DNA from: Torpedo marmorata
Taxonomy: Eukaryota
Reading direction: 5' to 3'
Length of the DNA: 64,000 nucleotides
Assembly (NCBI GenBank): GCA_977017645.1
Contig: OZ360242.1
Span: 38,378,001 to 38,442,000 of the forward strand
Within the stretch, counting starts at the first letter, position 1. The number at the start of each line of letters is the position of its first letter. The position numbers and the translations under genes are program-made. The notes beneath the pieces are model-generated. The model did no database searches. It was not told the DNA's origin and saw only the letters and a program-made list of their open reading frames with translations. Positions 10,632-21,630 of the stretch are shown piece after piece.

Positions 10632-13196
10632 GTAAGCAATGCTTTGAATCAATGAAACTACAGTATACTATTGTTTTCCAATTTCTAATCACTCCACACA
10701 TTGTTTTATTTGTGTTATGTGAAAGGTGGATGTATATTGTTTGCACGTTTGCACAAAACTTCGAATGCAATGGCATCTTCATATAAAACTGTGTTGTTCT
10801 TTGACATTTTGTTCTATTGCATTTTATATCATGGACTGAGTTTGAATATTTTGAGTGCAAAAAGCATATCCGAACATGCAAAAGTGTGCCTTTTTAATAT
10901 CGTTTTGCAACTTTCTGCATTTTTTGATGGTTTACATATAAATTTTATCAGAAGCAGTTTTGAAATGTAGTAAGATCACATGAATAATGGCACAGAAATA
11001 AATTGATACCAACAGATTGGTAACAAATCACAGGACGAGTTAAAAACATGACAAGGGTCAGTGGTTGTTTGTATTGAATATTCAAACAGCAACAGATCAT
11101 TGAACACAGTTAACTGAACACACAGTTATCAGTTCTACACCCCTAACATATGCTAAACTTGTTTCAGAAAGGTAAACTACTCTTGTTTTTAAGCATAATC
11201 ACAAATAGCAGAACAACTGACTCAACCTATTATGTATTACATAATGCATGTCCATAGCTAAAGATTTGTCACCAAGTATGCTGAAAGCATGATCATTGAA
11301 GAGTATGTAATTACTGATGGCAATGTGAAAGATTTGTGCTGACCCTTTGTCATTTCACACTTTGTAGTACTCTGAAGCCCTTTTGTACCTTATTGGTTTG
11401 GGGGACGAGGGGTGGATTGTCATTTTGTCAGTGCATATTCACATGATGGAATCAGTTTATCTGTAAAACTATATCACTTCTGATAGATCCATCACAAAAG
11501 TTCACTGTGTGGCTTCTTGAGTAAAGCCCCAGGGCAAGGATTTTTGCCTTGTTTGGCTGCCTGGTGGTTTTGATTTTATTGGTGCATTTTGTTGTGTACA
11601 GTGTACTGGCTTGTATATCATAGCTTGCAACCAGGGTTCCTTTCTTGAAAATCATTGAATTACTATATCAAAATATATACCATTGAATAAATTTGGCTAC
11701 GACTGTTTGCATTTCTATATCCATGCACATGCAGTTTGTACATTGAATGCAGTATCATAAACTCCAGTTTGCATGCGCTACACCAGTATGCTTTTAGATG
11801 CTGTTGGTATGATTTTGTGTAGACTTGAAGCTATTTTCCCATAAATGTTTGCAATAAATGCTTCATTTTGGTTATGGAAAAACAGATAGGGGAATGTTGG
11901 AATGCAAATTTTCAATCAATAACGTGTACATTACTTTTCTAATTTATGCTTTTGTCCATTTAATTGGGTTAATAATGAAAAATATTATATGAGATTAGCC
12001 TCAATAACAAATAAGAGTTGTACCCAAATTTTGTTAAATGGAAGAATAATGTTGATTCACAATACAACATGAATGATTTTTAAATCTTAAATTATGTTGT
12101 TATAAATTATAATTACCAGTAGCTATTTCCCAGGATTAAATGATTAAATATACGCCAATCATTCAACCAAGTAAATATTACTTGCTCATCACACGACTCC
12201 AAAGTGTACATATAAAGAATATTTTAAAAATCATAAATCCATACGTATATGTTAAAGTGGAGCTTCCTTTGGAATAATATGCTCAAATGCAGAAAATATG
12301 ATTAATTTAATTTAAAACTCTACTGTATTAAATACAGAATTTACAAGGTGAAATTAAATTTATGAGCAGTAGCTAACATTTACTACGTTCTCATTATTCA
12401 TTTTGCATCCTCAGAGCCAATTAAAAAAGGAGATGGTTATATGCAGTACTAAATTGAAAATGGACTTGAAGAACAGCCATGATATCTTACAAAGTAAAAT
12501 GGTTCTGATTGACTCAATTAAAATGTTTAAGTGTAAATTCTAATGCAAATTTAGATTATATGTCTTGTAAAACAGAGAAAGAACATTTATCACAGTAATT
12601 TCAGGGAGAAGCAGAACTAGGTTTGATAAGTTAACACTAAAGTGATTTGCATATAAACTGATGATGTTAAGTAAGTAATGATCTAAAAATATTCTTCCAA
12701 TACTATTTCAGCTTGCAAGAATTTTTTTCAATAAAATGTTTTAAGCACACAATTTTGTTAGAATCTGCCTTTGAGGCTTAATGCCTAGATTAAGAACAAC
12801 AAATGTCTTTAACAGTCCTGCAAACAAAGGTGGAAATATAAAAATATTTTAGCAATTTTTTTATTGTAGGTCCAATTAAGGATAAATCAATGTATAGAAG
12901 AACTTGAATTCAATATTCTAAAAGTAAGATTTTTATAATCATTGCTTGGATTGATTAATAAAAATTAAGGAATATTCATTCACCCAATTAAAATGTACAA
13001 GCTTGAGTGCAAGTTCTAATAACATTTAACTAAATAACCTTTGAATTATCAAAGCCTTTTCTCCCATATTTATTTGAATAAAGATTTCCCACCCCCTCCA
13101 TATCTTTAGTCATCAGATCAGTGGGCAGATAGCACATCTTCCAGTCAAACGTGCTCTGTCACCAAGCAGTATTGTCAATTTTATCTTCTTTTGCAG

Positions 13197-13249
13197 AAAT
13201 CAGTTCGTCTTCGTTGCAGCAGATGAAATTTCTTGTAACACCTCTTCAG
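13197..13249 (+). CDS. RBFOX1: RBFOX1 53-nt frame-shifting cassette exon (A53/E19; cytoplasmic isoform)
   Basis: ttgcag|AAATCAGTTCGTCTTCGTTGCAGCAGATGAAATTTCTTGTAACACCTCTTCAG|gtaata; exactly 53 nt; encodes RNQFVFVAADEISCNTSS, matching the mammalian E19 peptide (recalled). Confidence 0.94.
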
Positions 13250-14102
13250 GTAATAATTGTTGATACTTTTTGATGCATCCACAGTGATATTTCTATCTTT
13301 TGTGGTATCCTGCAGTACTTCACATGCAAAATGGGTGGGCCCTTTTTTCAGTTGTTTCCAGCAAACAAGCTTCAATCCCTACAACAAGCAGTTTTATTCG
13401 TGAACTAAAGGTACGGCCAGTATCAGGAATTACAGAAATGTCTTCCCAAAGGGTGAGGTTTAAATTTTGAAAGAAGAACTATCCCGAAACACAATTTTGT
13501 GTAACGTCACACAGACATTGTTTATTCTGCAATTTTTAAACTGCAGCTCATTACTCCTGAGGGTGTGTATTGAGCTTGCATGCTTTCATTGATTGCGGTA
13601 TAGTTGTGCCCAAAGTTTTTAACTTGGCAAATAGTAAACTCGCAATATTTGAACACTCTGAAATAGACTTTTATAAATGGCTGTAAAATTTTAATTGAGT
13701 TCACATTAACAAAGGAATCTCTTTAAATGAAAGCAATAATATATGTGCTCTGTTATCAGATATGGGAATAATTCAAAAATATATTTGCTAAAATGAAGAG
13801 TATTGTTCACGTTGACTTGTTATCTTAAGATGAAATTAATCCACAATGAACACTTAGTAGTTCTTTACTGAAGCTCAAAGCAAATTCTCTGAGTTATAGA
13901 AAAAGCTGCCTTATATAGAGAGAGGCAATATGAAATTTCATCATTGTGAAATTTTAATAGCATAATCTGTAGGTTGACAGGACAGAGGGAGAGATCCATC
14001 ATCCTGTTCATGTTGATTCAATCTAATTTGATTGCTTTGCACTTTGTGTCCTTGGTTGACACTTGGGCATGGTTGCTTTTTTCAATATTTGTTTTGTTTT
14101 AG

Positions 14103-14111
14103 ATGAGATTG
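14103..14111 (+). other. Candidate 9-nt RBFOX1 microexon
   Basis: tttgttttgttttag|ATGAGATTG|gtaaga; strong-looking acceptor and donor only 9 nt apart. Confidence 0.5.
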
Positions 14112-15721
14112 GTAAGATAAATGGAGTTGTAATTAACTCACATTTAAAGAAAATGATTTGCAGAGAATAACAGCAATTTTTCTTTTTTGTACTTTATTTG
14201 CATCATTTGTATCAGCAGATTGCTCAAAAATGCTGTGGAATGTTACTTTCCAGAAGAATAGCAGCACACTTCCACACGTGGATAATGAGGTTTTTAATTA
14301 TGTTACTGAAGCATTTGAGATATCCATCTTCCGTGCAGATTTACCTTGTACTTTTTGTTAAAGAGAATAAAATGAGTTCTGAAATTGCTATTGAATCCAC
14401 AAATATGATTGAAACCAATTTAGCCTGAAGACAGCGACTCGGTTGAATGCTTTGATTAAGTACACCCCATTGCTCATTTGTAAAATACTGTTAAAATAAA
14501 GATCTAGAATTAAGCTGCAATGAAATAATTTATCCAACATAAGATGGCAACTGGGACAATATGGATACAGAATTAGAACCAAGTTGTAGCTAAGACTGAA
14601 TTGGAACAATATCCAAATTGTTCGTCTGAATTATGCAGTCTGTCAAATTATCATGGAATAGACTGCATGTGCAAATTGACATGAAAGCATAGAAATATTA
14701 ACTGAAGTGAGAAGCACTAAAGGAGGCTTCCCAGTAATGTTCAGAAGGAACAAATGTACCCAGCACATAAATTGACCTAAATTTAGTGAAATCTTCTCAT
14801 TCTTAGCATATAACTGGAATATAAAACTTGCATCACCAATAGTGGCAATGGAAGTATCAGAACATCATAAAGCCTTATCTCGATGACTAATGCCCAGTGG
14901 AAGGCAAACCTGAAATCTTTACCCGTCGTGGGCCTATATGTGGCTCCAACCTCATACCAAATGGTAGAATTCTTGATCATTTTTTTAAAGTGTAAAGGAA
15001 TCCGTTCAGTTGAAGAATGGTAAATGGTGCCCTTATCTACTGAATGAACAGAAGAATAAAGATTGTTTATATTGGACAATAAATTCTCTGTCAGTCATTG
15101 AAAGAGATGCACACATGTAAGACTTCCACAAGATTTTCAATGGGAAATCATTTTTGGGAATATTTGGTCCTTTGATTTCTATGATGGTTTAAAAGTTTGA
15201 TACATTTGAAAAGAAGAATGTTGAGGACAGAAATGATGGATAAACTTTGCCAAAAGCACGTTTCAGTTGGTTTCTTTAAACCAAGCTAAAAATATTCTCT
15301 CTCATCACAAGAATTTCCTCGCAACTTTTTTATTGATAGTTCATAGTTGGCTGTTTCTTGGTGTCCATCTGAAAATTGTTTTCAATTAATCAGAGCATTG
15401 GGCAATACTGAGGCTTAGAAAATCCCCAGTGCAGCTCAACATTTGTATTTGGCATATAAGTAAGTTTTATCTGAACACTGAGCTTCAAGTATAATCAGCT
15501 ACTTTGTGGATGTTTCTGCAAATGGCTTATGCTACACTTATAGACAAAGAGTGCCAGAAATGCTATTGATGTCAATTCTACCGCCATATAACATTCACAA
15601 GTGAATGAGTTTGAAACAGTGAAGCAAGTCATGAGTGGCAAACTGAGCAGCTTTAGGTTTGTTTTAAGAGTGTTTCCTCACCTAGGCTTTTACTGGGGAG
15701 TCCATAAGCGTAGTGTTCCTT

Positions 15722-18100
15722 AAAGAACATGAGAAAAGTAGGTCATTCAGCCATTTGAACCTGCTCTATCATTCATACAGATCATGACTGATCTTCTATC
15801 TCTGTGCTATTTTTCCTGCACTAGCCCTTCACCCTTGATTCTCTTAAAGTCTAGAAATCTATCAATCTCTGATTGGAGGAACATAATGACTGAATCCCCG
15901 CAGCTCTCCAGGCTGAAGAATTCCATAGGTTCTAAGCCTTCTCAGTGAAGACATTTCTTCTCACCTTAGTCCTAATCAGCATACCCTTTCTTCTGAAACT
16001 CTGCTCCCTGGTCATAGATCTAATATCAAGGGGAAATATTGTCTCTGCATCTAGTCCATCAATCCTTTAAGAATTTTACGCAACAGTCCCAGTCAACTTG
16101 ATCTCTCTTCATATGCCAATCTCACCATCCCTGGAACCAGCATAGTAAAAATCTTCAGAATCAGAATCAGAATCAGAATTTATTGTCATGAACAAGTCAT
16201 GAAATTCGGTGCTTTGCGGCAGCATCATAGTGCAATTAACATTCATATTAACCATTCTAACGACATTACTATATAAAAATTATAAACAATAGTGCACTAG
16301 TGTCTTTGGTTCATTGATTGTTCAGGAATCTGATGGCAGCAGGGAAGAAGCTGACCTTGTGCCGTTGAGTGCTCGTCTTTAGGCTCCTGTACCTTTTCCC
16401 CGATGGAAGCAGCGTGAAGAGGGCATGGCCTGGGTGGTGGGGGTCCTTGAGGATAGAGGCTGCTTTATTAAGACATCGCCTCATGTAGATGTCCTCGATG
16501 GAGTGAAGTTTGGTGCCCGTGATGTCACAAGCCGAGGTAACAACCTTCTGGAGTTTGCCCTTGTCCTGGGAGTTGGCACCACCATACCAGGCAGTGATGC
16601 AACCAGCTAGAATGCTCTCCACGGTACACCTGTAGAAGTTCACGAGAGTCTTTGGCGACATACCGAATCTCCGCAATCGCCTCACAAAGTATAGCCGCTG
16701 GCGAGCCTTCTTTGTGATTGCATCCACGTGGATGCTCCAGGACAGATCCTCGGAGATGTTGACACCCAGGAATTTGAAGTTCTTGACCCTCTCCACGACT
16801 GAGCCCTCGATGAGGACTGGGTTGTGTTCCCCTGACTTCCTCCTGAAGTCCACAATCATCTCCTTGGTTTTACTGACGTTGAGCTCGAGGTTGTTGTCAT
16901 TACACCATTCAATGAGCTGATCTATCTCCCTCCTGTACGCTTCCTCATTGCCGTTTGTGATTCTGCCGACAACTGTGGTGTCATCGGCAAACTTGTATAT
17001 GGCATTGGAATTGTGCCTGGCCACACAGTCATGAGTGTATAGCGAGTAGAGCAGTGGACTAAGCACGCATCCTTGGGGTGCGCCTGTGTTGATAATCAGT
17101 GAGGAGGAGACGTTGTTTCCAATTCGTACTGACTGTGGTCTTCCGATGAGAAAGTCAAGGATCCAGTTGCAGAGTGGGGTACAGAGGCCTAGAGTTTGTA
17201 GCTTCTTGACCAGCACTGAGGGAATAATGGTATTGAAGGCCGAGCTGTAGTCTATGAAGAGCAGCCGTATGTATGAATTGCTGTTTTCGAGGTGATCCAG
17301 AGCTGAGTGGAGAGCCAGCGATATTGCATCTGCTGTGGAGCGATTGTGACGATAGGCGAATTGCAGTGGGTCCAGATCTTTGCTTAGGTATGTGTTAATC
17401 TTCACTGCACTCCCTCTATTTCCTTTCTTAAATAAGTAAACAAAAACTATGCATAATACACAGAGTGAAGTTGCACCAAAGCCTAAACAATTGTAATGAG
17501 AATTCCTTTCTTCTCCATTCAAATCCTCTTGTCAAATGGTCAAGATACAATTTGCCCTGCTAAGTACTTGCTGTACATTCCTTTGATCTTCAGTGATGTG
17601 TACATGTATACCCTGGTCCTTTCCACCATCAACACTACCCAACATCTTGTCATTTAATAAATGCTCTACTTTTTTTGTGTTATGTGGACCAAGGTGGATC
17701 ACCTCACAGTTTTATGTATTACATTTCATCTACTATGTATTCAGTCACTCGTTCAGTTTGACCATATTCCATTGAAGCCTCTTGACATAATTTTCTTTAC
17801 ACACAATCCCACTTGGTTTAATATTGTCAGAAAGCTTGGACATTTGACATTTCATTCCCTCGCCAAATCATTGCTCTAAGATCATGAATAACTGGGGCCA
17901 AAGTTCCCCATTAGTCACAGGAAACTTCCTGCATGCATTACTATCAAAAGCCTTGCAGAAACACAGATACTTCACATCCACTGATTCCTGCTTGTCTACT
18001 GTAATAGCTATATCCAACAAGATCTCCCAGCAATTAGGTAAATACAATTTTCCTTTGATAAATCCATGTTGATTTCTCATACCATTATTATTTCCATTGT
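15722..18100 (-). mobile_element. Old CR1 LINE remnant, interrupted by a younger LINE
   Basis: CR1-like 3' end at ~15725 and degraded RT peptide NQHGFIKGKLYLPN...VDVKYLCFCKAFD at ~17940-18075. Confidence 0.7.
16158..17396 (-). mobile_element. Young 5'-truncated Rex1/Babar-like LINE with uninterrupted RT C-terminal ORF
   Basis: ORF 16311-~17400 with [52 protein letters not shown]; (GATTCT)n tail; AATCTTCA duplicated at 16150-16157 and 17397-17404. Confidence 0.92.
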
Positions 18101-18261
18101 GTTGTTTTTCTCTGTCGAGATTACAACATTTTTCCTTACCACTTCCTTTGGTGAACAGGTCCATAGAGTCATCGAATTTTGGAATCATGCAGTACAAAAA
18201 GCCATCCATCACATCCATTTTTGTAATTAAGTACCTATCTGTACTAATTCAACTTTAATCT

Positions 18262-18362
18262 TTTTTTACATTTAAAGATACAGCCTGGTTACAGGCACTT
18301 TCAGTCCCACAAGTCTGTGCTGCCCAAATACACCAATTAACCTACAAACCCTGTATGTTTTT
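18262..18362 (-). mobile_element. V-SINE 3' fragment
   Basis: Reverse complement of the 3' part of the SINEs at 30284 and 33803. Confidence 0.6.
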
Positions 18363-20489
18363 TGTTAGATCCCTCTGAACCTTTTATCCTAAACCTTTGT
18401 TCACTCGTTTTGGATGCATCTACCATAGGTAAAAAAATTCTACTATCCATTCTCTGTATGCCCCTCGTAGTTCCTGGTTTTCTTTCTCCCATTTTTTTTA
18501 AAATAATGGGATCATATTTTCTTCCCTCCAATCCTTGGAGTCCAAAGAAGTTTAGAAGATGATAACCAGAGCAGCTATTATCTCCAAAGCCACCTCTTTC
18601 AAAACTCTCAAAAAGAATTGTGGTGCCTTACAACTGTGTCAAGGTAAAAGCTTTGGAAAGTTTTGGGACATGAGGGGTGTAAGTAGATGCTTCCTGTATC
18701 CGTTGTCTGAATTCAGCCTGAATCTACCTGAAAATTAATCACGGATTACAGAGCAGCACCACCAGGATTCTTTTGACATTTCATTTTGTCTCAGCAAACA
18801 CTGTGAACAAAATAATATAAATGCAAGAACTACAAATTGTTTAAAATATTACGTGTTAAAAATGTCACAAAATGACCTCTATATCAACACACAGCTTTTG
18901 ACCATGTATATTCAATTCATATCTCCCTCTCTCGCCATCTCTGACTTCACCCACAATTTACTTGAAGGAGCTCATTTCTATCTGTGCAGGCAATCAATCC
19001 TCTCCATTGTTTCTTTTCAAACTGTCTTTTAACTTTCGATATTCATCACTTGTACATTTCTCTTCAACTTTAGATGATCTTGAACTTAACTCATCACAAC
19101 AGCTACTGGAGGAATCGGTTTCCATGTGCACAGGGGATGATTCCTGTTTGTAGTTCCTTGCACATTGCTAAAGTTTGTCCTGATCCTTTATTTTCCCATA
19201 CAAAAATTACACAATGTAAATTTGACTTTAATTTTTGTTTGTACATGAATTGGTCAATTTGGTGAACCAGCCCATTGCTATGCAAGAAATGTCATTCTGC
19301 TGGATGTTCAGCCATTATCATGAAAATAATATCTTGATGAGGAAAAGTTTGAATTTCTCAGCATTTTGAAAGGCTGGTGAATAGATTTTACTTTGATAAC
19401 ATGGTGGATATTAACACTTTTAAAGAGCACTGGGACAAATCCAGATCTGGCAGAACCACATTGGTTTCTTCTGTGTTAACGTGTAAATATTGTTGCCAAT
19501 TAAATCACAGAAGTTCAGAGAAGGAAACAATTTCTTTTGAAGCTATATTGAGATCAATGTCTAAAGTTTTTACTTCTGCAGAGATGAAGAAGATTTTAGT
19601 TCATTGGGAAAAAAACTCTGCCTGGTAGTTTAATCATGGAAATGATTACTTTTTATCTGTTCAGTAACAAATTCCAATGCTTGCTGTTAGTTTAGTTCAG
19701 GGTAGAATTTGGTGACAGGTGACTTTACAAAGCCACAATTTCATAACAGCAACTGTAAGCAAATAAAATGATTATCATGCTTTACAGAATATGGTTTTTA
19801 ATAAAAGAGATTTAAAATGTCCCTAATAACTTCATAAGTCCATACAAAAGCCATGAATTTATAAACACAATGCTATCTTGCTGCAGTTTAATTATTGATG
19901 AAAGCATAATTGGATCTAGATATTGAGTTGTGTCATTGTGCATTAAAAGTCCTGTTGTAAATAGATATAATGAGGGCTAAGTTACTCTCATTGTGATAGT
20001 TTCTCAACTGAAATGGCAACTCTTTCATGAGAATGCTATCCATTGGTAATTTAATCAGGACTAAGTCTTGCTGTGTGCCAGATCACTGATTATTAATATA
20101 GACTTTATGTAGTGAGATATACCTTGTTTTGGCTAATAATCTGCTGGAAAAAGGTATTGTGTCAAATATCATTTATTTAATGATAAGCTTTGATGAGCTT
20201 TAAAACTGGGCAATAAATTTTCTCATTGGCTAATTTTATGATAATTAATTAAATAAACCTCCTCCCTTTCTAGTTTTATATCTTTATTGTTTTGGAGAAG
20301 CTTGTACTATTGTTGTCCAAGGAAGATTCATTGAAGAAAATAGAATATTTTAATATTTAAAAAAAAATTATGAGGGAGTTCAGTGAGTGAATGTCAAAGC
20401 TTTACGTTCTGTAACAAGAGCGGGAATTGCTTAGAGGTTAGCGGCAGCTACATTTGCTGAAAGAACAATCAAATAAACATTGGTGTCCT

Positions 20490-21630
20490 CTCACAGGCCA
20501 TTATCCTCAGTTTTGAATTAAATGCACTTGCCTTTGTTGGGTACATTCACATGTCCAACACCAGACTACTGAAACAGGCACTTCATTCTGTTCTTTCTCA
20601 TGGGAAAAGATTACCAAGTGGACAGAAAAGAAAATTCAAAGCACTTTCTTGAAGAAATGTAACATCCTCACTGACATCTGGGAATAGGCAGTGCATGACC
20701 ATTTAAGAAGGTGTTTTCAGGATGACATTGAGAAAACATGTATCTGGAACACAGAGGAAGCCCAATGTAAGTAGCAAAAGCTATGCACCACTTCAAAAAC
20801 CACTTGCTTACTCTGTCAGCCCACCACCAGTTTATCTGTGGAAGAGTCTGCAGCTCCCATGTTGGCCTCATCAGCCTCTTCAGAATCCACAGCAACAGAG
20901 TGGAATCAGGTAATTCTCAATCCTGAGGGAAAGCCTAAGAATAAGATTCAGCAGAAAACAAACCTAGAGTAAAGCCCTAAAACATGTTAGGAGTGAAGCA
21001 TTTACTGAGTGCTGATTCCACATGTCCAACATTGGCAGTACTTGGGTTTTGAATGTTAGGGGTGCAATTTTTTTTCCAATGACATAGTTGGTGTATGCAT
21101 ACACATTTATAGTGGCTCTGCATTGCACATGACATCAGAGATTTCAGCATTAATATGTCCAGTATATGTGATAGTCGGTGTCGGTGCTGCACAGTTGCTC
21201 AGCGAAAAGGAGGTGTAAGGCGCTCCTTCCGTCCGATAGCCTACAGGTCACCCTTGGGCAAGGTGTAGCATCTGTTTAACCTCCCAATCAGGGTCACGTG
21301 AAGCCATGGATTGCAGATGGTGGATGGTTTTTACAAGCAGATTCTACAAATTGGAATTTATGGTTGTAAAACTAAAAACGCTGGGGAGATGAATCTGCTG
21401 ATCAATGGCCAGGGTTACCCGTACAGTATGGACACTGCAACTGAAGAAGGCAACGGGAAACCACTTCAGTATTTTTCCCTTGTATAATCGACTACGGTCT
21501 CAGCTCAAAGATGGAGCCTTCACCGAAGGAGAACAGGGGAGGCAACAACTACAATTCGGAGGGTCAGAGATCGTAACGGATAGAGAGACATGATCGCCCA
21601 TGCCGAACGGCAAGGCACCTGAATGATGAT
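20490..21630 (+). mobile_element. Degraded RTE-like LINE 3' end (~20490-20950) plus RTE-related short element (~21180-21630)
   Basis: Degenerate C-x2-C...H-x3-H-like end and AAG-rich tail; GGGCAAGGTGTAGCA...GGGTCACGTGAAGCCATGG...CTGAAGAAGGCAACGGGAAACCACT and GATGAT tail typical of RTE-derived elements (family recognised from memory). Confidence 0.5.

Noticed and set aside
17400-17522. N-terminal hydrophobic extension of the 403-aa RT ORF, suggesting a domesticated membrane-anchored RT
   Set aside because: It lies outside the TSD, so it is chance read-through into the older CR1 remnant; no evidence of a real start.
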